A DNA stretch of 44,819 nt, from the NCBI GenBank assembly GCA_012862495.1, contig BLSG01000149.1, positions 35,387-80,205 on the forward strand. The letters are read 5' to 3'. The first letter of the stretch is position 1; every line of letters starts with the position of its first letter. A program made the position numbers and the translations under genes. Below are positions 9,564 through 20,646 of the stretch, in pieces. Source of the stretch: Thraustochytrium aureum. Lineage: Eukaryota. A model generated the notes under the pieces. The model made no database searches and had not been told where the DNA came from. It worked only from the letters and a program-made list of their open reading frames with translations.

Positions 9564-9865
9564 TCAGTTCGCGCCGCTTGGCGAAAACGGCGAGTTGAGG
9601 CCGTGCTGGTTCCAGTTTACACCAAAGCTGTCATCAGTCTTGGGCGCCGGCAGAGTCACGCCCAAGTCAAAGTCGTTGTCAAGCATCGACAACGTGAGTG
9701 ATGCCATGTTCCTGTCCAGCTCGACCGGCTGGATGTTGTCCCAAGTGGCCATCGGACCGATCGGCGACAAGCCCGAGCCCCCCATCGCCCCGTGGCCGCC
9801 ATTCATAGCGCGGTTCAATGCTCCGCCAGGCGTCATGAGATTCATACTGCGCTGCAGCATCTGCA

Positions 9866-9896
<31 letters not shown>

Positions 9897-11990
9897 TTGC
9901 TGCTGCTGCAATTGCTGATGCTTGTNNNNNNNNNNNNNNNNNNNNNNNNNNNNNNNNNNNNNNNNNNNNNNNNNNNNNNNNNNNNNNNNNNNNNNNNNNN
10001 NNNNNNNNNNNNNNNNNNNNNNNNNNNNNNNNNNNNNNNNNNNNNNNNNNNNNNNNNNNNNNNNNNTGCTGCTGCTGTTGCTGCTGCTGCAATTGCTGAT
10101 GCTTGTTGCCCCCAGGGAAGAACATCTGGCTCTGCGGGAACTGACCCTGATTCTGTGGATGATACGGCTGGGTTCCCGGATAGTGCGGCATATGCTGCTG
10201 CCCGAGGTACGCCTGTCTCCCGCCAGGGCCCATTCCCATGCCGTTGCCGCTGAGCAAAAGCTCGGTGTCCAAGCCGAGGATGTCAGACGGGTTAAAGTCA
10301 AAGCCGTGCTCCCCGTTAAAGTCCCACTGGAACTGACCCGACGGCGAGTTGGCGCCAAGCGGCCCACCCTGGCTGAAAGACAGATCCAAGGGTCCGGGCA
10401 GACCGTTGAGCTGCGGCGGCGGCGGCGGCGCCCCGCCCGCGCCAGCCTTGGTTCGCGGCTTGGCCGCGCCGGCGGCCTTCGGCTTCGTCGCTCGCTTGCG
10501 CGGCACAGCAGGCTTCGCGCGCGGCTTCTTCTCCTTGATTGCTGCGGATGTGGCGCCGCCGGAAGCGGGCTTGGCTCCGCTGCCGAATTTGGCGCTGGCC
10601 TTGTCTGCGCCGCTATTTGCGGCAGCGCTCTTCCCAAGCGCGGGCATGGCTGCAGCCATCATGGCCGCGTTGTCGACCATGCCCGACATGATCGGCATGC
10701 CCATGCAAGAAAGGCTCGACATTTGGCCAGAGGCGAGTCCGTACCCGACTTGGCCAGCCGCGACGGCCTGCATCGGCATGACGAACGTGGCTGTTTCTTG
10801 GCCAGCTGGCTTGTTCTTGGTGACCGGCTTGAGCTCTGGGAGCGGAAGGGTCGTGAGAGGACGCTGCGGTTGTGGGTCGACTGGCTTGCCCTTGTTGTCC
10901 GTTACGGGAAGGCCCATTTTCAGCTGCCACTTGCGGCGGATGGCGGAGTTCCAGCGGTTCTTGACGGCGTTCTCAGGGCGCCCGGGAAGCAGCTTTGCAA
11001 TCTCGCACCAGCGGTTTCCAAACTTGGCCTGGGCGGTAACCAGCATTTTCTCCTCGTCCTCCGTCCAGGAGGAGTGGTCGATTGACGGGTCGAGGTGGTT
11101 GAACCAGCGCTCGCGGCACTGCTTGCCGATGCGGCCCGGAATGCGCTCCGCGATCTCCGACCACTTGGTTACCTTTCGCTCGATGCAGGATCGGATCATG
11201 TTGTCCTCCTCCTCAGTCCACGGCCCCTTGACCAGGCCCGGCCGGAGCACCTTTTGCCACCTGTGCAAGCACTGGACGTCAGAGCGGCGCCCACCAAGGT
11301 ACTCCTCGCTGATCTTCTTCCACTTGGTCGCCCCGATAGTAGTCACGCCCAGGCGGAGCTTTTGGTCTTCCTCCCGCGTCCAGCGGCCGCCTCCAGGCCC
11401 GTCAAGGTCGTTCATCCCAAGCGCGCTGTCGGAATCCAACGCGAGCGACGTGGTCGTGTTCGCATCGTCAGGCTCCGGGGACGAAGCGCTTGCAGCCAAC
11501 TTGGGCGAGCTCGTGGCGACTGCCGCGGGCTTTGCCGCGGGCTTTGCCGCGGGCTTTGCCTCGGGCGACGTTTTGTCTTCGGCCGGCGTGTTGTCTTCGG
11601 GCCGCGAGACCTCCATCGGCTCTGCCTTCTTGGCGCTCTCCTCGACGCTCTGGGCGTTGCTCACTTGCTGCTTCTGCACGTTTTCGGTGCCCCCGACTTC
11701 TGCATCAAAGCGCGCGGGGTCTTGATCGACGAGGTGCCCAGCGTGGTCGACTTCATCTGCCGCGCCACCTCGAGACGCAGCATCTCGTGGTGCGGCTTGC
11801 TGCTGCGGTGCAGCGGCGACTGCTGCAGATTCTGCCGCTTGATCCCGTTCACGTTGATGTTCTTGCTGAAGGCAAACCCGCTCGCGAGTGCCGCCGGCGA
11901 AAACCCGGCCGGCGACGCCGGCTGGTCTCTCTTGCTCACAGGCTGACGCGGAGACGGGTCTGGCTGCATCATCGGTGGCCTGCGGTGCAT
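9564..11990 (-). CDS. Three-repeat (R1R2R3) MYB transcription factor with a polyQ tract. It spans a gap and probably has a 1-nt frameshift near 11690; the start is uncertain (11990 or about 11972 if frameshifted, otherwise about 11616)
   Basis: Three canonical repeats: 'RWTREED..RSDVQCLHRWQKVLRP', 'GLVKGPWTEEED..GRIGKQCRERWFNHLDP' and 'WTEDEE..GNRWCEIAKLLPGRPENAVKNRWNS'. The C-terminus continues after the gap to TGA at 9564. Confidence 0.9.
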
Positions 11991-12036
11991 TCTGCGCCGC
12001 GCGCGCGCCCTTGTCCCTAGCTCGACCTTTTCGCCG

Positions 12037-12054
12037 GTCAGTCAGTCAGTCAGT

Positions 12055-12085
<31 letters not shown>

Positions 12086-12089
12086 TCAG
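12037..12089. repeat. Compound microsatellite (GTCA)n(GGCA)n
   Basis: Directly visible upstream of the MYB gene. Confidence 0.9.
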
Positions 12090-13468
12090 CCGGAGTCAAC
12101 GACGAAGCCACCGCCCCTGCGCAACGCCAACCCGCGCCGAAGACCGAGCTCACGAACGACCGCGCTCGACACCACCGTTCCTCGAATGCAGGGCCCGGAT
12201 CACGCAGCGCGCTGCCTGCTCCAATGCGTCAATGGTCTGCTGCATCGAGGGCGAGAGCCAAGTCGCCTGGGCTCTCCAAACCGCCCTAACCCACGCCCTA
12301 ACCCAGCCGGCCTAGCGCCAGCTACCGGAAACTGCTAGCGTCTTCGGTTTCGTCCCGCCCGCTCGAAACGGTCATTTATTTTAAACCGCGCCGCCGGAAA
12401 CTGGGCTGCTTTGATTGGGTCCGATGTTTATCGAGGAAGAACTTTTGGATGTGGCAGTTAAATTGAGCAGAACTGGTGATTTAGGTGTTATGGCGTTGCA
12501 CGTGGTGGCTGGCTGTTCGAGACTTGCGAGGTGGCCCAAGCGCTGTGCGAGCCGCCGTGGCTGGGTGGGACTGGAAGCCTGATCAATGAAGCCCTGGAGC
12601 TCTGCGCATTGGAGTGCCGCCGCACAAAGTCGCGCTTTCAGGCGTCGCCTTCAGGTGCAGGTTTTCCCACGTGCTGGCAAACATCCGAAATCGGCTTGGC
12701 CCCGAAACTGACGCTGTGCGAGCGAGCGCAAGCCTCGCTACTTGCTTGGACTCCTCACTGTCCAGTTACGCGGTACTTTTCTTCTACGGCAAGAGGCTTT
12801 GGCTGTTTCGGCGTGAAACGGGCAGCAAATGATGAAACTGGAGACCTGCTCGGCGCCGGCGGCTGGTGCTCCTGCTTGACCTCCGTCCAACCATACCAAC
12901 GGTTTTAAAAGGCTTCGAGCCTGGTGGTGGTGATTGCCCGGCTCTTGGACTGGTCCGGACTTGGTGCCTCAATGGCGTTGTCTGTGGGCAGGCTTGTTCG
13001 CTGGGAATCGGTCGAGACCCGGCTCATCGTCGTTCCGATGCCCGAACCTCGTAGTGCATGCATACCTAGCCAACCTTACTCTTTGTACTGAGAAGATGGG
13101 TACCCCAGGTACCCACCGCAGAAAGCTGCGACGCCGCCAACGGTTGTGTTGTGACAGAATCAGAATTCAGAAACATCGTGTGCTTGCACACGAGGTGGTT
13201 GCGGAGCGTACTAGCCGAGCAAACTGCATCCGCGTAGTCTTGCCGCGACGGCCCCGACTCGCGCAGTGAACAGCAAACTAGCTAGGGCTGCTGGCGCTCG
13301 GCCCGCAGGTTCGAGAACACCTCTCTCGCCTATTGTACGCAAGCTGGGGCTCGATAGGGATCTACAAGAGCGAGCGAGCACGCAGCCGAAGGCCGCGCCG
13401 GCGCCCCGGTCCACGGGCCAAGCACTGCTTGGGGCCCTCACTAGAGAGGCCGAGGCGCCGTCGCGACG

Positions 13469-16400
13469 ATGGAGACGCTCAAGGCGATGAAGGCCGAGCT
13501 CAAAGGGCCAGAAAGCGGAACGCTCATCTTATCAGGGATCATTAACGGGCTGCTCATGTTTGTGTTTTGCTGCGTATTCTCGATCCTCGTCTTTAAAGAT
13601 GTGCGCGAGGGCGACACGATGAAAACCTTTCTTCCAATCGGTGTGGAAATGCACATTCTCTCCGTCGTCGTTGGCTCGGTGATGTTTGGGCGCTTTTCTG
13701 GCTGCCCCCCAAGCATCGCCGGCCCCGACATCAACCCGGCGTTATTCCTTGCACTTATTGTAGAGCGCATTCAGCTCGGCTCGGACCCAAACAACCCGCC
13801 CGCGATCGAGTCGGTGTTGCCTACGAGCCTCTTTGCCATCGCGTTTTCGACCCTGCTCATCGGTGCGGTCTTCTTCACGCTCGGCAAGCTCAGGCTGACG
13901 CGCATCGTGCAATACCTTCCCGCGTCACTACTGAACGGCTTTCTGGCTTGTATTGGCTACAAGGTCATGAAGGCGGCATTGACAACCACGATCGTAAGTG
14001 TTGCGTGCGACCCCTGCTTGCTTGGCCGCACAAACCAAAGCTCGCAACGCGCCGCGGGACTGATTGCTAACGCTGACCTGCTTTGCGTGGCACGCACGGG
14101 GGCTACACGCACAGGGCGACGCCTTTTACACAAAGCCGCAAACGTTCATCTTCTGGAAGCTGCTTCTGCCGGCGCTGCCCATCGGGTTTGGGCTGTACCT
14201 GAGCAAAGCCTACCACATTGGCAAGCCCGCAGTTTCAATAAGCGTCCTCCTGGTCGTCCCTCTTGTGCTTTTCTACGTCATCCTCGCAATGTCGGGCGTG
14301 TCGGTGGGGGACGCGAGGCAGGCGTGTCCACCGGACGTGGAGGCTTCCTACGCATGCCAGGGGGGCTGGTTTTTCCCCGAGTTCGAGCAAGGGACGTTCT
14401 ACTCGGTGTACGCCTCCCTCGACTTTGGCAAGATCGACTATGCCACCTGGCTCTACTCTTGCCGCGAACTACCCGCCATGGTCGTGATCGTGGTCATCGA
14501 CTACCTGCTCAAGCTTGCGGGGACGAAAAAGGCGGTCCAGGTCGAGTTCCCCTTTGACCAGGAGATGAAGACTGCGGGCGCAACGTGCCTGTGCAGCGCT
14601 CTCCTCGGCGTCGGCTTCCCGGCGTACTCTCAAACCAAGTTTACCGTGCTCAACTACGGCATCACCCACAACTTGACGAGTCGCGTCCCAATCGCGGTGT
14701 GCGGGCTTTTCAACGCGGTGCTCTTCTTTTGGGGGTTTCCCCTGATCAACTACCTTCCAAGGTTTTTCCTTGGCGGCTTGCTCATCTACGCGGGCCTCGG
14801 CTTCGTGGTGGACAATCTAATCAAGAGCCGCAACAGGGTCTCCAAAGAGGAGTTCCTGGCCATCTGGGCCATCGTTGTCGTGAACGCCACCGTCAGCTTG
14901 CTTGCCGCTGTTTTGGTCGGCATCGTGCTCTCGGCCATCATATTCGCTCTCTCGTACGGCCGGCTGGCAGTCATCAAGGCCTACATGCGCGGCTGCGACT
15001 ACGAGTCGCGCGTCGTGCGGAGCGTCGCCGAGTCGCGCAAGCTGACTCACCTCGGCAGGCGCTACGGCATCATCCAGATGCAAAACTACATTTTCTTCGG
15101 CTCCGCCGGCCAGGTCCTCGACCTTGTCAAGAGGCTCGCGGCAGAGCAGCTGGGGAAGACGTACGCAAGTCGCCTCGCCTACCTCGTGTTTGACTGGACC
15201 AACGTGTACGGGATCGACTTTAGCGGTATTGGCGTGTTCCAGGACATTGTCAACCTTCTGAAAAAGGAGCGCATCATGGTCATTTTCACCGGGCTGGAGA
15301 ACGAGATTTTGCAGCGCATGCTGCGAGAAAATGTCGTACAGAGCATCGCGGGTGTTCACGACACGCTAGACTTTGGCGTCGAGTGGGTCGAAGAGCAGCT
15401 TCTTGAATGGGCCTACCTCGTTCGAAGCCGCTGGCTGGAGCTCCGCCCCGTGGTCAAGCTGCACGAGATTGCCAAAAACAAGGCCAAACACGATGCCCTC
15501 GAACAAGTCTTGAGTGACATTGGGTTCGGTCACGAGCTCTGGAAGTACATCCTACGGCGCGGATTGCGCAAGGGCGAGATTTTGTGCCAGCCAGGAGAGC
15601 CTGCCAACACCATGTTTATCGTACAACAGGGCAAGTGTTCGGCATACTTTAACGACGAAACAGGCGTGGCCAGGAAGGCTTGCTCTTTTATGCGCGGAGC
15701 CTACATCAACGAGTGCGCCATCTTCAGTGCCGCTGACTCCATGTACAAGATTGTCGCGGATGTCTCCAACACAATCGTGCTTGCGATCTCGCAGCACGCG
15801 CTCAAAAGCCTCCAAGCCGACCGTCCTGAGATCCTCATTGGCCTACAAAGAACGGTTCTCAATCTTTACCGGCAAAGCAACCTCAAGCTGGAACGCGAGA
15901 TTGGCGATCTTGAGCACACGCGCCTGCACAATTGGCATAAAATCCAGGCGCAGAAGCGCCGAGGCTCCTCCTCAGGCGGCTCGTCAATCATCGTACCGCT
16001 CCCGTGGCAGACCCATGGCCGCTCTTCGCTTCAGCAGGATTCCGCCCCACCAAAGCTTGTGGATCCTGGAAACCCCAATTCGACCGTCTTTCGGCTCCAC
16101 CACTTCGACAGCTCGAATGAAATCGCGATGGCAGGTGCAGAGCACGCAAACCACAGCGACCCATGCATCGTAGTGGTCAACGCCATCGTGCAGCTCTCGC
16201 GGTCCAATCACGTTGGGATGCTCAAGTCATTGCTTGGCAAGCACCGCACGCTCGACTCAAAGGCGAGTGTTGTCAAGCTACTTTTTGAGGGCTCTGGCAC
16301 CAGTCATTCAATGCACGATCAGAGCGATGGAGATACTGTGCCTCTCCTTCGCTACACGGTGGCATCAGCAGAGCACGCCAGCCGTGCCGACGATGCACAG

Positions 16401-19094
16401 CGTCGAGACTATTGCGCAGACGACAGTGTGGGGCACTCGCAAAGCAACCAACAGAACGGGCAATCGCAGGGCCAGATGCGCGAGGTAGATATCGCAAACG
16501 CGGGCTGGTTGCGCTTGAGTCGCAAGCACGAAGCAGACTGTCGAGCCTGCTTTCGCTCCCATGACACGAGCCACACGGGCTACATCAGCTCCACGGAGCT
16601 CCCATCCGTCCTGGAGGATGTTGGCCACTACCTGAGCCAGCGCGAGATCACGCTACTGTTGCAATTGAAGAGCGCGGGCTTCACCAAAGCGGAGGGCGGT
16701 GACCGTCGCTCCTCGTCCCGAGGGAGCCACGCACTGGACGCGCAAAAGGCGCGGCTCGCGCTTGACCAACTGCTCCAGCAAAGTGCTGCATCCGGCAAAG
16801 TGCAAACCAGGCGAATCGACACGGCGGACATCAGTCGAGAGTCGCAGGTGGAGATGATCAGCATCAACATGAGCACAGTTGAGGTGTTTACGGAGCTTGA
16901 GGCTGAAGCGCCAGGCCTAATTAAGACCTTGGCAAAGCACTCGGAGCTGGTGGTCTACCACGAAGGCGAAGCCCTCACCTTGGCTGGAGCGCCAGTCAAC
17001 AGTATGCTCATCGTAATTGAAGGCGTGGTGACTCGGCAGAGCACCGGTGGTTCGCTACGCGTCATCAACACCTCGCTTTCGCCGATCCTCCTTGGCGAAG
17101 ACCAAGTCTTTCTGCCTTCTTCGATGATGGGCGCCTTTGCCGACACGGTCACCGTCACATCTGACAAGGCGGTCATCATAGAGGTTTTCAAGTACGCGAT
17201 TGCGCGCTTGATTCCGCCAGGTTTGGCCAAATTCCAGGACCTCCAGCAGAAAGCCATTCGCCTACAAAAGGAGATCTCCAGCAGGTCCTCGCAATCTGCC
17301 AAGGGCGAATTGCGTCGCAAGCTCGACCCTGTGATGTCTCTTCAGCACAAAGCGCCCTTTGGGGCTCGCTTCCGCGCGCTCGGCTCGGTTGACCTCTTCA
17401 AAGAGGCGGCGGCATCAGACGGATACCTGATCTCCAGAGTCGCCTCCGAGTCTGAAGTGGTCGAATACAAGCAGCACGACTTTGTGTGGCGCACCGGCGT
17501 CCCAGGCACGTTTCTCCTTGTCGTTCTGGAAGGCGACGCGCAGGTTCGGATTCCCGCGACGGAGACTGTTCCAGAGCAAACGCGCGAGTTGCGCCTCGCA
17601 AAGTTGAAAGAGGCCTACACGCTCGGAGAGTTTGAGTTTTTCACGCAGGCGCAAGGTCGGCGCGCAGACGTGCTTGTGCTTTCCCACACTCTGGTCGCGC
17701 TCAAGGTGTCAAGGACGATGCTACGCAGCATTTTTGAGGATTCCCACCCCCTTTGGGACCTCGTGCACGAGTATGAGGCACACTTCACCAGTGCGGCAGG
17801 GCGGGAAGGGCAAAGACCGGCTCCACTGACAACAAACCGCGCTACGCAAAGCCTAACAAGAGTGAGCCAGTCGTTGGCCAAGGTTTCCCTGAGACGGGAA
17901 AGCGTCTCTATCCAGAGCCCAACGGGGAAGAGTGCCGGCCGTATGGCCGTTCCGGCGGGGGCGCCGCCAAACGGGAGACCTGAGAGACCTGAAGCCGGCT
18001 CAGCCCCCTCAGGCAGCCACGGCGAAGCGAGAGAGGCATCGAGCTTGACTAGCGCGGCGCTCGCTCCATCCACATCCACATCAACGCCATCAGAAGGCGA
18101 AACACGCAGCTCAATCAGGGTGAGCGAGGCCGACTTTCTCAACATGGTCTGCCGCCTGACGTTCTGCCCGATCACGACTGGGATCCGCGAATGCTGTCGC
18201 GAGGTTTGGAACAGGTACAAGGACAAGGGCAGCGACTTTTCCGTGGTGCCCGAGGCGTTGGCTTACAGCAAGCACAGCTCTTCGCTCGATAACCCGCTTG
18301 GCGGATTGACGGGTGGTGCTCACGGGGAGCTCGAGGCGATGACTGCGAGAGGGCTGAGCGCGTTGTTGAGTGACGCGAGAGTCGCGGCCGGCCCACAGTC
18401 CGTGCCCAAGATCATGCAAGAGTGGCGCTACCCCGGCCGAAACTGGTCAGAGCCCGTAATCTCCTTCACGGGGTTCATGAGTATTGTGGCTGGTGCAATT
18501 AAGCGGGAGCAGGTTCAGCGAGAGGTGGAGAGCGTGTACGAGATCCTGCTCATGGCAGACAGAAAAGCTCAAAACGCGCTCCGCTCAGCTTCCGTCGCTT
18601 CACTCGGAAGTAGCTGTCACCGGCGCGACAGGTGGGAGGCAGTCGCCAAGCGCGGAGTTGGTCTGACAAGCGAAAACATTCGCCATTCGTGGAGCGAGAT
18701 CCTCGACTGCGATATTTCGCTCGAGGCATGTGAGGAGATGATCTTCGAGGCGGATCCGACAAACAAGGGCTTTGTCACGTTCAGTGACTGGGTCGAGTCG
18801 GTTCAGTCGATCCACCGCTGCGAACTGGAAACGTCAGAGTCGTTCGAAAGGTTTGAGGAGGCAGTCAAAGAATGCCAAGAAGTGGCTGCCGAGCAGAGCG
18901 GCCCGCATCAATCCCAGCGCACTTATGAGCCAGATGGCACGAAGACCGCAACGCATGGTTCCATGCACGGGACTTCGTTCAGCATCAGCTCAATCAGCAA
19001 GCGGATCGGAGGCGCTGCAACGGCCTCGTTCCGGCGCAAGACTTCCGTCCAGAGCGGCGACAGCGGCACGATGGCAGCGGTTGTACCGGAGTAG
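13469..19094 (+). CDS. SLC26/SulP-family transporter with STAS, several cNMP-binding-like domains and EF-hands, about 1834 aa; exons 13469-13993 and 14115-19094
   Basis: SulP motifs 'SIAGPDINPA', 'LTRIVQYLPASLLNGFLACIG' and 'INYLPRFFLGGLLIYAG'. STAS 'YIFFGSA..LVFDWTNVYGIDFSG'. cNMP-like 'KGEILCQPGEPANTMFIVQQG'. A phase-0 intron GTAAGT...CTAAC/CTGAC...CACAG (13994-14114) joins the two ORFs in frame. Confidence 0.9.
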
Positions 19095-19206
19095 CGAGCG
19101 CCCAGCAGCCCGAATCTCAGGCAAGCATGCATGCTCCCAAGCAAGCAAGCAAGCAATCATTTGCTGCAAAACTGCCATCCACAAGCGCCTCCGCCGAGCG
19201 GTGGTG

Positions 19207-19247
19207 CGCCGGCCAAGCCTTATCCACCGCCGGCCAAGCCTTATCCA
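19207..19247. repeat. 20-nt direct repeat (CGCCGGCCAAGCCTTATCCA) x2
   Basis: Directly visible downstream of the SulP stop codon. Confidence 0.85.
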
Positions 19248-19651
19248 TAAAAGCAAACTCCCAGCGCACGCGCCGCGCACCGTACCCGCGTCCACCGCCG
19301 CAGTCTGCCGAGCCGCAGCAGCTCCCCGCGCCGGTGAGTCGCGCGCAGCATGATGTCCTCGCAGCTCGGATCCATAGATATCCCGTGTCTCAATTAAAAC
19401 TGTCCCTCTTACCTAAACGCGTTATGTAAGGGCCGAATTTATCGATTGGGCGCCCTGCACGGCTCTGCGCCAGTCAGAGTTGAGAGTCGCGACAGACCCC
19501 GAAACGAAAAGGCGCCGTCGCTGTGCGCGCGAGTAAGTCCTCTACGTTCCGGTGCGCCTGCGGCCTGCTGGAGATGCCCGTATTGGGCTTGCGGTATCGA
19601 TAGTCCGAGCTTCGCGCAGTAGGAACCGTGCCGATTTTGCGCCGGGCCGGG

Positions 19652-20377
19652 ATGTCTTCGACGTTGATGGTCGCCATGGCCGCGACGACGAGGACGGCGT
19701 GCAGGATGGCGCCGGCTGCAGCCGGACGCGCTGCGGCTGGGAGCGGGTTTGCGGCGCATGCGGCGCATGCGACGCGGGCTGGGAGGATGTGGCGCGGCGC
19801 GCTTGCTGGTGACGGTTCGGGCGCTTGCAGAGCGTCGCTGGGCGCGCAAGTCCGTGCGCTCTCGGGGAAGCGGTACACGGTGCCGGAGGCTAGGATGGAG
19901 TTTAAGGCGGTGCGGTCGTCCGGACCTGGCGGCCAGCACGTGAACAAGACGTCGAGCTGCGTGGAGGTGCGCTTCGCGGTCGAAGGCGCTGACTGGTAGG
20001 TCGGCTGGGTGTGTGTGGTGGGGGTTTGGGATCCATCTGCCTTGGCATGTTTCGCGCGCTGACCTCGCTTTGACTGTGACGGTGTGCGCAGGCTCCCTCA
20101 GGACGTGCGCGAGCGGCTGCTCGAGCAGCAAAAGAACAGGATCAACAAGGCCGGCGAGCTGGTCGTCTCCGCGCAAGAAGACCGGTCTCAGATGCGCAAC
20201 CGGCGGCTTGCGATCGCGAAAATCCAACAGATGGTCGACGAGGCCGCGGCGGAGCCGAAGGAGCGCGAAATGTGGGAGGGCATAGGCGAAGAGGGCAAGC
20301 TTCGCCGCAAAGAGGACAAAAGGTTTCGAGCGCAAAAGAAGCAGCTGCGGCGCGTGAGCAAGTCAGACTACTTTTGA
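19652..20377 (+). CDS. ICT1: ICT1/ArfB-type peptidyl-tRNA hydrolase (ribosome rescue factor), probably organellar; exons 19652-19995 and 20092-20377
   Basis: GGQ motif 'RSSGPGGQHVNKTSSCVEVRF', plus 'NRINKAGELVVSAQEDRSQMRN' and a basic C-terminal tail. The intron GTAGGT...CTGAC...GCAG restores 'ADWLPQDVRERL'. The Arg/Ala-rich N-terminus resembles a presequence. Confidence 0.9.
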
Positions 20378-20646
20378 TTTCTCCTACTCTGCGCGTTTTG
20401 CAGCGGCGCCGGCTTGCGCTCCGTTCCGCTAGGCTCGAGACGGCAGCAGCGCGCGCGCGCTCCCCCGTAGAGGCTCTGTCTCCGCTTTACGCGTGGCCCA
20501 GTCGGCAGTGCGCTCGACTGAGCCGAAAAGGCAAGAAGCCCAACTTGGGGTAAGAGGGTAAAAGACGAAGCATACATCAACCTCGCGATTCGTATTTTTC
20601 ACGACGACAGAAGATTCAGGTTAACAGCGGCAGCAAGGCGTTCCGT

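Noticed and set aside
13097..13115. Small inverted repeat TGGGTACC-CCA-GGTACCCA
   Set aside because: An 8-bp stem is expected by chance, and there is no transposon context.
19207..19247. TTATCCAC-containing direct repeats resembling DnaA boxes or a CRISPR repeat
   Set aside because: Only two adjacent copies with no spacer, in a eukaryotic context with no cas genes.
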